A DNA stretch of 64,000 nt, from positions 32,001-96,000 of the IMG/VR virus record IMGVR_UViG_3300028805_000055; one strand, 5' to 3'. Within the stretch, counting starts at the first letter, position 1. The number at the start of each line of letters is the position of its first letter. The stretch is from a virus (lineage: Duplodnaviria; Caudoviricetes). Position numbers and translations under genes: made by a program. Of this stretch, positions 30,432 to 39,403 are shown one piece after another. Under the pieces are notes generated by a model. It was not told the origin of the DNA, did not search any database, and was given only the letters and a program-made list of their open reading frames with translations.

Positions 30432-30890
30432 TTAAATCACATCTAACTTGTCATAGTAGACATTGTTTCCCATCCAGTCCCCGCAGTGTCCGTTGGCTAC
30501 ATTCTCAATCATTTCGTTGAATTCTGCCAGAACCTCTGCATCTTCCTCATCACCAAGCCCTAACTGCTCTCCCAGAATCTCTGTCAGTTCTTGTTTCAAC
30601 TCTGGAGTGCCAAACTGGGACTTGCGCACCATGCATACTGACGTATGACCGCTACTCTCATCACAATCGAAGCACAGAATATACGACTTTGGGTACACGT
30701 CGAATACCTGTGTCTCATCGACTCTGTTTGCAGGAATCGGAGCAACAAACTCAATGCCGCTTTCTAGTTCATCCTGTGAAAACAGGTCGGCATCCTTAGC
30801 CATCTGGATAATCGACTCCTTTGTAGTAGGCTCACACTTAATGAATGTGCTGCCATTCTTTGTCCGTAACTCGTAAATTGTCTTTCCCAT
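30432..30890 (-). CDS. acidic hypothetical early protein
   Basis: Gene run. Confidence 0.8.
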   Translation of the reverse strand: MGKTIYELRTKNGSTFIKCEPTTKESIIQMAKDADLFSQDELESGIEFVAPIPANRVDETQVFDVYPKSYILCFDCDESSGHTSVCMVRKSQFGTPELKQELTEILGEQLGLGDEEDAEVLAEFNEMIENVANGHCGDWMGNNVYYDKLDVI

Positions 30891-30920
30891 AACTTTAATT
30901 TTTAATTGTTGATTGATAAA

Positions 30921-31039
30921 TTGAAAGGGAGCGAGGATTCGAACCTCCTTTCCGCTTCAACAGGAGCTACCTGTGTCTTAGCAGGGTCTTTATGCGGGAT
31001 ACGCACGGATGCTTTTACCAACCCATCACTTTCTCCCCT
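30921..31039 (-). ncRNA. tRNA-like RNA with expanded anticodon arm
   Basis: Acceptor AGGGGAG/CTCCCTT, T-arm GAGG-TTCGAAT-CCTC, D-like TGGTA loop; ~50 nt insert in place of the anticodon loop. Confidence 0.65.
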
Positions 31040-31104
31040 ATTGTTTTGTTTTACGCTGCAAAATTAGACAAAATATCTGAGATAACCAAATCCTTTAACA
31101 CCTT

Positions 31105-31479
31105 TTAAGAATATTGTTCAATGATGTCTCGGAATTTAAGAGGGTATGCACCCAGATTGATTTTGACAGCTGATACCATGCGGTCAAACTTGTTCTCTAC
31201 GAACTTAGCCAGAACGTTCTCCACAGAGTCCTTGAAATCCTGTCGTGGCAGTTCAATCATGGCGTTACGTTTGCCCTGTGTTGCTCGTATCTTAGCCACA
31301 AAGGACTTGTAACTCTCTGGGTCATTCATATCAAACTCACTGGAAAACTTGCCCAGCAGGATAATTTCTACCACTCTGGCGACACTGCAATTCTCGCCCA
31401 GATAGGCACGGCATAGTTGGAAATTCAGCAGGAAATCTGCCTTTTTCTTGTAGCCCTCGTAAATCTTAGCATTCTTCAT
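31105..31479 (-). CDS. hypothetical early protein
   Basis: Gene run. Confidence 0.75.
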   Translation of the reverse strand: MKNAKIYEGYKKKADFLLNFQLCRAYLGENCSVARVVEIILLGKFSSEFDMNDPESYKSFVAKIRATQGKRNAMIELPRQDFKDSVENVLAKFVENKFDRMVSAVKINLGAYPLKFRDIIEQYS

Positions 31480-31936
31480 ATTTCTTACTATTTAATTCTT
31501 CTTTCTCTGCATAGTGCGGATGCATTTTCTTGTCGTAGATGGCAGCATACTTTCTAACCTCATCAAGTTGTTTCTGAATCTCTGGCAGTCGTATGTTTTT
31601 CTCCCACCAAAGAGCGAACTCAACCATATCCAGAACTTTCTGTAAGTCCTTGGTGAACATATCATTTAACGCCACCTTGTCTACAAAGTTACCTGTCATT
31701 CTGTTGTAGTAGACTGGAAACTTCTGGATGGATGTACCATACTCCTGTTGTTCCTCATCCCACTTGTAGACCGCAAAGCAGGACACATATAAATACTTCT
31801 TTGTGACAGCAGAATAAGGTCTGTCTTGACCTATTTTAAGAACGTGCCCCTCTTTCTTAATGAACGCCTCGGAAAACGTAAACTTCTTGCCTCCGATGAT
31901 GTCCTGTAACTGCTTTAAAATCTCTTCCCTTTCCAT
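31466..31936 (-). CDS. hypothetical early protein
   Basis: Gene run. Confidence 0.8.
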   Translation of the reverse strand: MEREEILKQLQDIIGGKKFTFSEAFIKKEGHVLKIGQDRPYSAVTKKYLYVSCFAVYKWDEEQQEYGTSIQKFPVYYNRMTGNFVDKVALNDMFTKDLQKVLDMVEFALWWEKNIRLPEIQKQLDEVRKYAAIYDKKMHPHYAEKEELNSKKYEEC

Positions 31937-31948
31937 AATTATATAGCC

Positions 31949-32239
31949 TTATAAGATTTCAATCTTCACTTGCTCTGGCGTGATAGCCTTAAAGTTCTCA
32001 CAGAGCACTCTTTTATGCCAATCAGAGAGTACGCAACACTGGGTAAAGCTAAACAGGGCTACGTCATGCTGTGCCTCGCTCACCTGCCCCATGAACATTG
32101 TAAGAGCCTTAAACTCATTCTCATTAAGTCGCAGGTTAACCACTATCGGCTCACCATAACTACCTCCAATGGCAGTGCCATCGTCAAACTCCCGATGGAA
32201 GCAGTTGTTGTCTGTAATTCTAACTCTAAATCTTTTCAT
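31949..32239 (-). CDS. hypothetical early protein
   Basis: Start MKRF after promoter 32262. Confidence 0.75.
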   Translation of the reverse strand: MKRFRVRITDNNCFHREFDDGTAIGGSYGEPIVVNLRLNENEFKALTMFMGQVSEAQHDVALFSFTQCCVLSDWHKRVLCENFKAITPEQVKIEIL

Positions 32240-32326
32240 ACTCTTATATATTTGTTTACGTGGCAAAATTAGATAAAAAAAATGAGGCTACCAAATAATA
32301 GTCTCATTTTTAATACTTTTTAACAG

Positions 32327-32418
32327 TGAGCGAGAGGGGAATCGAACCCCCATAGGACTTATTTTTATGCCCATTGGTTTTTAAGACCAACTTGTCTAAC
32401 CAGTTGCAACACTCGCTC
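32327..32418 (-). tRNA. tRNA-Leu(TAA)
   Basis: GAGCGAG/CTCGCTC acceptor, TTGGT-CTTAAAA-ACCAA anticodon arm, long variable arm, GGTTCGATTCC; no encoded CCA. Confidence 0.85.
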
Positions 32419-32423
32419 ATATA

Positions 32424-32439
32424 TGTTTCACGTGAAACA
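32424..32439. other. parS: parS centromere site (perfect palindrome)
   Basis: TGTTTCACGTGAAACA, intergenic. Confidence 0.9.
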
Positions 32440-32502
32440 AAAAAGCCAACCTATCTTCTCAGACTGGATGGCTTAGATGAATATGAATACATAATTTAAA
32501 AC

Positions 32503-32778
32503 CTAATTCTCTTCTACGTCGAAATGGAATAAGTAGTGCAAACCATTGCTCGTCTTAGTCCACGTGACAATACCATCCAGTGTGCCGTTACTGAATGTTA
32601 AGGATAATCGGTCATGAGTGTCGTCGATACGACTCATCTTAATATCCTGTGGATTCTCTGAGAATACATCGTGCTCAGCGATTCTGTCGCTCAGTATCTT
32701 AACAACCTTTTCAGTGTCCTTGTTGAGGAACACGCAGTTGTCGAATCCGTTCTTGATAGCTTTTGCTCTCTGTGCCAT
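32503..32778 (-). CDS. hypothetical early protein
   Basis: After promoter 32802. Confidence 0.8.
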   Translation of the reverse strand: MAQRAKAIKNGFDNCVFLNKDTEKVVKILSDRIAEHDVFSENPQDIKMSRIDDTHDRLSLTFSNGTLDGIVTWTKTSNGLHYLFHFDVEEN

Positions 32779-33073
32779 GTTGTTATAAATATTAATTCTT
32801 GTGCAAAGATATAAATTTTTTCTGTAAAAAACAAATTTTTAGCGATGTTTTTTTGCTTTCTGCCATCCTTTTAGCTTGCGATGCTTCGGATGGTACTCAA
32901 CGCTGCCGAATGGGTCAACCAGAACTGGCATATACATGGCTGGGTCTGGTTTCATATAAAATTGCATTACCATAACTATTCCTCCACCTTTTTGAGTTTT
33001 TCCTTAATCTCTGGGTCGGTCACTATATCGTAGACCAGAATACCCAGAGAAACTATTAGAAATATCCAGAACA

Positions 33074-33550
33074 TTATCCAAGGGGCTTAAAGTAATCAAC
33101 ACTCTCTTCCACGACGTTCACAAAGAAATGCTCGTAGAACTCTTGATACTCTTTACATCTGGTGATATACAACAGGACGTAGGGAATAAGAATATCCAGA
33201 GAGTTTAACAGCAGTTCTGAGATATTAATAATCTCTTTCATACCGCAGTTTTTTTCACCATCAAACGTGAAACGACCATTGGGGAACTTGTTGGGGTTGT
33301 TCACGACGAACGCCACACCATGAGCATCCATCATACCATGAGAGATAAGGTGATTCATGTCAGTGTTGTTGTAGATGTCAAAGATGTAGTCAACGCCACC
33401 ACGCTCATCATCCTGCATCCTGTTGTACGCTGCCAGAACAATACCCATGCTCTTTTTGTAGTTCTCTCGGAACTCTTTCTTTACCTGTTCGGTAATGAAC
33501 TCCTCAATCAGTTTGAGGCTCTTACCTAATGTTTGATTAATCTTCTCCAT
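33074..33550 (-). CDS. hypothetical early protein
   Basis: Gene run. Confidence 0.8.
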   Translation of the reverse strand: MEKINQTLGKSLKLIEEFITEQVKKEFRENYKKSMGIVLAAYNRMQDDERGGVDYIFDIYNNTDMNHLISHGMMDAHGVAFVVNNPNKFPNGRFTFDGEKNCGMKEIINISELLLNSLDILIPYVLLYITRCKEYQEFYEHFFVNVVEESVDYFKPLG

Positions 33551-33782
33551 AACCTTATACTATTAATTGTTTAACGTACTGGTGAATAATACACCTTGCT
33601 CTGTCGCTCAATCAGACTGGTGTAGTCTGGCACTGGCGTTGCCAGAAACCATGATGTAACCAGAGAGGTGTTAGTTCTGTTTTTCTTATCTTTCTTACCC
33701 ATAGTTGTATTATTTTAATTCTGGTGCAAAATTAGATAAAAAAAATGAGACTACCAAATGTAGCCTCATCTTTTAACACTTT

Positions 33783-34004
33783 TTAGATAAAATCCTTAAA
33801 CTCAATCTCTAATGGGTCTGGGTCTCCCTCTGGGAAATATTGTGTGTCTGTAATCCAGTCCCACGAATAATCACCCTCAAAGGTGTAATTATCGTCGATA
33901 TACGCCTGTTCGTCACCACCATACTTCTCCTGTAGTTCCCGTTCGTTAATGTCCTCAACCATCAATTCATGGCTAAAATGGTCAATGATAGCTATTCTTC
34001 TCAT
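33783..34004 (-). CDS. small acidic early protein
   Basis: Gene run. Confidence 0.75.
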   Translation of the reverse strand: MRRIAIIDHFSHELMVEDINERELQEKYGGDEQAYIDDNYTFEGDYSWDWITDTQYFPEGDPDPLEIEFKDFI

Positions 34005-34008
34005 ATTC

Positions 34009-34431
34009 TTATCTATCTAAAAGTTCCCACTTAATTCCTCTACTCTTGGCAGTATAGTGATTATCTGGCTCTGTGCCATCCTCGAAATCACCAGTGTTGT
34101 ACCATTCATCCAGAGAGACCAGATTACCGTCGAGGTCTACGCTCACTTCATACACATGACCATGATGTGTAAACGACGTTGAGAAGATTGTGTCCTTGAA
34201 ACACTCACCCTCTGGCTCACCTGTGTAGCTGTGTCTGTCGATGGTGAACGTCACCTTATCACCGTCGATGGTCTTAAACACTATTATGATGCCATGCTTG
34301 GGCGATACAAGCCCTGTGTAGCGTTCGTTAATGATGGTCTGGGTAGTTGTACTCCTAACCTCATAATTGCCGTAGAAAGGGTTGTTTTTGACCTTTCTGA
34401 TGCACTCAATTTTCAATTCTCCTATTACCAT
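34009..34431 (-). CDS. hypothetical early protein
   Basis: Gene run. Confidence 0.8.
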   Translation of the reverse strand: MVIGELKIECIRKVKNNPFYGNYEVRSTTTQTIINERYTGLVSPKHGIIIVFKTIDGDKVTFTIDRHSYTGEPEGECFKDTIFSTSFTHHGHVYEVSVDLDGNLVSLDEWYNTGDFEDGTEPDNHYTAKSRGIKWELLDR

Positions 34432-34444
34432 AATACCTGTTAGT

Positions 34445-34909
34445 TTAAATTAAGTTCTGAATAATATCCATAGCAGTGCTAATTTCTTCCATAGCAGGCT
34501 CATTACCCTCTGCATAGTTGTAAGCCAGTTGCAGGTTATTGTAGGCTGTTTCCAGATAACTCTTAGCATTTTCGCTAAGTTCACCATTCTGCATTGGAAC
34601 ACGCTGTACGCTAACCTCACCTATTGGCTGAGGAAACTCACCTAAGTGGTCTGTAAGAGTTAACACATCTAAATCGTTCAGTTGTGCCTCTGCAAGAAAC
34701 TCTGCATACTCTGTTCTGCCCTCTTGGTTGGCATCGTCAATCCAGATGTCAATGGTGTCAGCATCGGCTCTTTCAAGGGTATAGTTCCCATCGACAAACT
34801 TGTCTCGCCTAACCATGTTTACAACCATTTCGTGCTGCTCTTGTGACAACTCGAAAGTTTTGATAACGTAACCGCATCCTGCGGTCTGTAAAAGTCCTAA
34901 ATTCTCCAT
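34445..34909 (-). CDS. acidic hypothetical early protein
   Basis: Start MENL after promoter 34938. Confidence 0.8.
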   Translation of the reverse strand: MENLGLLQTAGCGYVIKTFELSQEQHEMVVNMVRRDKFVDGNYTLERADADTIDIWIDDANQEGRTEYAEFLAEAQLNDLDVLTLTDHLGEFPQPIGEVSVQRVPMQNGELSENAKSYLETAYNNLQLAYNYAEGNEPAMEEISTAMDIIQNLI

Positions 34910-35079
34910 ATCTCTTATATTTAATGTTGTTTGACGCTGCAAAATTAGGTAAAATAATCGAAACTACCAAATTTTTTATGTTAAAACTTCTAAAAACAAG
35001 GGGAGCACCCCAATCTGGAGTGCTCCCATCAACCTAACAATCATTATGGAAAACAAACAGCGTTATCACAACGCAACGA

Positions 35080-35153
35080 TGGTGTATCCAGAGGGACTTG
35101 AACCCCCGACCCCCACATCAAATGTGGTGCTCTACCAACTGAGCTATAGACAC
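35080..35153 (-). tRNA. atypical tRNA (anticodon arm 2 nt short; TTG/Gln or undetermined)
   Basis: GTGTCTA-TAGCTCAGTTGGTAGAGCA-CCACA-TTTGA-TGTGG-GGGTC-GGGGGTTCAAGTCCCTC-TGGATAC-ACCA. Confidence 0.8.
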
Positions 35154-35163
35154 TTAAAAAAAT

Positions 35164-35940
35164 GAGCGGGGTGGGACACCAACACCTTGATGGCAAAGGC
35201 GAGTGCGTTAAGCAGCGCAGTTCGGCATCTGTGTGGGTCTCTCCCACCTCACTCTCTAATGGGGCATGGCAAGCGCATAATATACTCGGCTAAATTGGCT
35301 CGCTCGCCTAACATCGCCCCTCTCTGTTGAAAAATGGGCATCCTATAACTAACATCCGCATTGCTTGGCAGTAGAATTGTGCGCACGTTACCCCTTATGC
35401 GGTATTGTCTCAACTTCGGTATGCCCTAATCTCCCTTGGCAGTGGTTTAATAGCCAATACGGATGCGTCCAAATGCGGCTCTCTTATGGCTCTCTTGTAG
35501 CGGCGGTGGGCGCAATGTGCCTCGGAAATGGCGGCTCTCTGGATATTAGTCGCTCATTGACACTTACGGCTCGCGGGACTATCTCATGTGTCCCAAACTC
35601 ACTTGCCCTTTGGCATTAAAGTTTACTCATGTGGCGGCATTGTAACGTTACACGAACTTTACCCTATCTCCACCTTGTTGGGGTTTTTTATTTTATTAAA
35701 ATCGTCTATCATCTAAGTATCATTCCTTAGTTGGGTCGGTCTCTAATCATACTCTATGATGTGGGGATTTTTCCATGCACCCCTTTACATTTTTAAATTC
35801 ATGCTCGATTATATAATACTCCGAAATTATCTAACTATGTACAAGCCCTTTAGGGCGGGGGTCGTTCATTACTATTCATCACTGCATACTTTTAATATTA
35901 ATACTACTTGGTCTGGGGGACTGGCGTCAGCCCGTGCGTG
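35164..35940 (-). ncRNA. cluster of structured non-coding RNAs or one large ncRNA
   Basis: No credible ORF, GC-rich; closed stems at 35164-35254, 35261-35320 and 35336-35426; directly upstream of a tRNA. Confidence 0.6.
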
Positions 35941-35942
35941 AC

Positions 35943-36065
35943 CTAACGCATTGGACGGATTTTGTAGAGCTGTGTCTTAGTACCGTCCCCGTTTTCTCTT
36001 ACTTTGCTTGGCATCGCCACGACTCTGATGTTAGCAATGGAGCGTAGAAATCTCTTTTTACTCAT
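35943..36065 (-). CDS. 40-aa basic peptide (below ORF-track cutoff)
   Basis: MSKKRFLRSIANIRVVAMPSKVRENGDGTKTQLYKIRPMR directly after promoter 36087. Confidence 0.55.
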   Translation of the reverse strand: MSKKRFLRSIANIRVVAMPSKVRENGDGTKTQLYKIRPMR

Positions 36066-36144
36066 AACTCATATCTGTTTTAGTAGTGCAAAGATATAAG
36101 TTTTTTTTGAGAAATCCAAATTTCACGTCACATTTTTGTCATCT

Positions 36145-36363
36145 TTAACAATATTCTGCTTGGTAATCCAGAAACTCCTGCGCATCCAATGTATCACGGA
36201 TTTCTTCTTCTAACTGGTCGTCATTGATGTTACCATCTTCATCTTCGAAGCGTGATAGGGATAATCCCTGCAACTCCACGACGAAATTACCGTCAGCATC
36301 ATGTATGTCAATACCGCTCAATGTATCGGTGGCTACATAGCCTGTTTCACTCTTATACTCCAT
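36145..36363 (-). CDS. small acidic early protein
   Basis: Gene run. Confidence 0.75.
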   Translation of the reverse strand: MEYKSETGYVATDTLSGIDIHDADGNFVVELQGLSLSRFEDEDGNINDDQLEEEIRDTLDAQEFLDYQAEYC

Positions 36364-36385
36364 GATTAAATCTCCTTTTAAAAGT

Positions 36386-36489
36386 GGGCTGTGGGTGGCA
36401 GGACAATCTGCCGCTTGGTGGGTAGGGGGGTAGTATCGGTTAGGGGGTTTCCCGACCCACTTGCTCCGCTGTCCGTCGCACCCAAGCCC
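36386..36489 (-). ncRNA. candidate structured RNA
   Basis: GGGCT.TGGGTG/CACCCA.AGCCC closing stem; nested GGACAG/TTGTCC and GTGGGT/ACCCAC. Confidence 0.55.
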
Positions 36490-36514
36490 TGTTGATTATG
36501 ACTAAGAAAAGAAA

Positions 36515-36871
36515 CTAAAGAGAGTTATCAATGTTCTCGTGAATGAATGCAGCCACGTCGTAGACTTCATCCCAATTGATGTTTTCTAAGGGATATTCGC
36601 TGCAATCTTCAACCTGTAAGGCAATATCACCGTCCTTGTCGAGAAACACGCCCTCAACCATTGAGAATGCGTTACTGGCGTACTCTGGGTGATTACCTCC
36701 ATCGTAGGTGACTGAAACCATGTTGTCAACTTCTGTAAAGTCGATGCTGCCACCATGTGCTTCCAGAACCTTTTTGATGTATGTCTCGCACTTCTGGCGT
36801 ACCTTTCTCTGTGCTGGCAGGATGGTGTCATATAGAGCATCAGCCTGCTTGAAATACGTTGCCCTTTTCAT
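36515..36871 (-). CDS. hypothetical early protein
   Basis: Gene run. Confidence 0.8.
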   Translation of the reverse strand: MKRATYFKQADALYDTILPAQRKVRQKCETYIKKVLEAHGGSIDFTEVDNMVSVTYDGGNHPEYASNAFSMVEGVFLDKDGDIALQVEDCSEYPLENINWDEVYDVAAFIHENIDNSL

Positions 36872-36874
36872 GCC

Positions 36875-37405
36875 TTAATACTTTTTAAATCCAGACTTAG
36901 ACCAGCCGATTTCCTTGTGCAGCCAACCACCACGAGCCTCGTCAAAAAGATAGATGTGCTGGCAGTCGATACGATTGTAAACGTCTTTCTGGGTCTTACC
37001 TTGAATGGGCTTAATGTTATTCCAACGTTCGTACACCCACTTCTGGTCTTCTCTGCCTCTGTTGGCATAGTGGCGAACTATATCATCGTCTATGACGCTG
37101 CAAAAGCCACCTACAACCAGATTTCGTGCAGTCTCGTAATCGTTGAACTTCGCTTTGAGAGAATCACCTACACCACCATTAATGTAACCATCGTTGTGGC
37201 AGTAGATACCGATATATACCTCTTTCAGTTCCACTGGTTCACTGCGCTCTTCTCCCCCTTCATCCCGCCAGACCTTACCATCAAGGTCTTTGTAGAGCCA
37301 ATTGTCTAACTTCACTCCATTTGGCAGTTTGTTGGTATCGAACTTGAACGTTTTACCGATGTCCTCTGGACGAACCTTAATAATTACACAACTTCTTGTA
37401 GCCAT
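36875..37405 (-). CDS. phage protein (MATRS...IYCH.DGY family)
   Basis: Start MATRS; IYCHNDGY...VG motif. Confidence 0.8.
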   Translation of the reverse strand: MATRSCVIIKVRPEDIGKTFKFDTNKLPNGVKLDNWLYKDLDGKVWRDEGGEERSEPVELKEVYIGIYCHNDGYINGGVGDSLKAKFNDYETARNLVVGGFCSVIDDDIVRHYANRGREDQKWVYERWNNIKPIQGKTQKDVYNRIDCQHIYLFDEARGGWLHKEIGWSKSGFKKY

Positions 37406-37877
37406 AATGATTTTGTTGTTAAGTTCCCCAGATGGACTATCCAATCTGGGGGTGAATCGGGGTAGTCTTTTATAACTTGTTTCCCTATCACGCTGCAAAA
37501 GTAAGCAAAATATTTGAGATAACCAAATAATTTCCAAACTTTTTTTTCATACATATAAAAAATTTCTGGTTTCTTTACAAAAAGAGGGAGGCACAGCATC
37601 CTGTACCTCCCAAATACAACCAATAATTAACCAATAACTAAAACAACAAAAAACCTATGAACAAAACTAAAATCACTCCTGTCTTAATATCTGGCTCTCC
37701 CTCTCACCACAGATGGTAAACTCCTTAATGTCTGCTTCCTCTGCCAAGTTACGGGCATTATCCAGAGCCTCGCCCTCATCGTTACCAGTTACATCTACGA
37801 TGATGGAGGCGTTATAATTCAATTGAATAGTATATTTCCTCATGATGTTTAAATGTTTAAGTTTCCATAATAAATGA

Positions 37878-38204
37878 TTATCCTACCTCTTTTGGCTTAA
37901 TCTCAACACCATCCTTATACAGCGTGTTAAACGCAATAAGAATGTGTAGTACGGTAATCTCGTCGGCACACTCAATCCCACCAACAGACTCGATGATGGC
38001 ATCAGCCATTTCCTTGCTATCCTTGATAGCTTTCATCTGTGGGTAGAACATATCAAACCTGTGACCCCTGTAGTTTTCACAAACAGCATGACCGTCGTAG
38101 ATGTCAAACTCAATGGGCTTCTTAAAACCCTCAATGTTTAGTTTCTCCGTGCAAATCTTTTTGCCGTAGAACTTTTCCCAAATTTTGCTTTCGTTCTGTT
38201 CCAT
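37878..38204 (-). CDS. hypothetical early protein
   Basis: After promoter 38231. Confidence 0.8.
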   Translation of the reverse strand: MEQNESKIWEKFYGKKICTEKLNIEGFKKPIEFDIYDGHAVCENYRGHRFDMFYPQMKAIKDSKEMADAIIESVGGIECADEITVLHILIAFNTLYKDGVEIKPKEVG

Positions 38205-38302
38205 TATATTTTAATGTTTCAATTAACTGGTGCAAAGATATAAAAAAAAAATTAGAATCACAAGTTTTCGTGACTCTAATTTCTTAAAAAAGCTTAATAT
38301 GG

Positions 38303-38689
38303 TTATGGAAGAACTTTCTTGATAACGTCTACCGTCCTGTGACCCAGTATAACAAAAACCCTGTCACCATGTTTTAAGAATCTAACGTGATGCCTCTCCT
38401 TGAACTCCCTGCCTGTGGTTAAGTCTACTACCGTCTCTTCCAAATTACACTCACTGAAATCATTCTTGGTGTATCTCAGACTATAGGCATGGATGCCGCA
38501 ACCACTTCCAGCGCAATCTATATAGAGGCTGTCACCTGTAAACGTGTAGAAAGCCTCAGAATCGTCTGTTATATACTTCCCTTGCAGTTGTGAAGGCTTA
38601 ACCTTTTCAACGTCCTGTGACAGCCCGTAGGAGGCTATAGAGAGCGTCAACAGCAGGACTACCATTGCGAATACACTAAAACGTCTCAT
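38303..38689 (-). CDS. predicted exported protein
   Basis: N-terminal signal peptide. Confidence 0.75.
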   Translation of the reverse strand: MRRFSVFAMVVLLLTLSIASYGLSQDVEKVKPSQLQGKYITDDSEAFYTFTGDSLYIDCAGSGCGIHAYSLRYTKNDFSECNLEETVVDLTTGREFKERHHVRFLKHGDRVFVILGHRTVDVIKKVLP

Positions 38690-38885
38690 ACTCTATTACT
38701 TTGAATCTGCCACCTCGAAATGGTCTACCTCACAATCCAGAACTTCTACCACTTCATCCTCTGGGGTCGGGGTGAAATCCAGATGGTCAATAATATCTTC
38801 TGCACTTGTAACGTCTGTGTCAACTATAATTTTTAAGTTGACGTTTAAATAAATCTTACTCATAATCTTATAAATTTATATGTTA

Positions 38886-39311
38886 TTACTTTAAATCTTC
38901 GTCATTGTCGCCCTTGTAGCCACAGGTAAGATACTCCCAGACTGCTTCGTACACACTGCTGAGTCCTGCACATGGTATCAGTCGCTCGAAATCGTTGGCA
39001 TCAACGTCTGTGTAGAGGTCGCCAATATCATCATTCTCATTGGGGCACTGCTCCAGATATTCATCGCTGTCGATATTCCAATTAATATCAAACTTAATCT
39101 TACCGTCCTCCAGAATCACTTTCAGAACTTCTGCCTCCATGTAGTCAACGTCCCAATCGAAATCTGGTACGCCGATAATAAAGGCATGAGGGGCTTGGCT
39201 ACCTGCAAGGTCAACCACTGCCTTTTTGTGATTAACCATGAGGGCTAAAATCTCTGCAACAATCTGCTTGTGCAGGTTCTTTGTCTCACCGTAGAAATTT
39301 TTCTTTTCCAT
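38886..39311 (-). CDS. acidic hypothetical early protein
   Basis: After promoter 39342. Confidence 0.8.
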   Translation of the reverse strand: MEKKNFYGETKNLHKQIVAEILALMVNHKKAVVDLAGSQAPHAFIIGVPDFDWDVDYMEAEVLKVILEDGKIKFDINWNIDSDEYLEQCPNENDDIGDLYTDVDANDFERLIPCAGLSSVYEAVWEYLTCGYKGDNDEDLK

Positions 39312-39403
39312 AACTCTTATTATTTAATTGTTGTTTGATGGTGCAAAATTAGACAAAATATCTGAGATAACCAAATTTTCAGTGTTAAAGAGTGTAAACT
39401 GGG

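Noticed and set aside
35909-35945. ZTP or c-di-GMP riboswitch resemblance (GACTGGCG; GGTCACGCAC)
   Set aside because: The downstream CGCCTGGGC stem and the GCAAA/GAAA core elements are missing.
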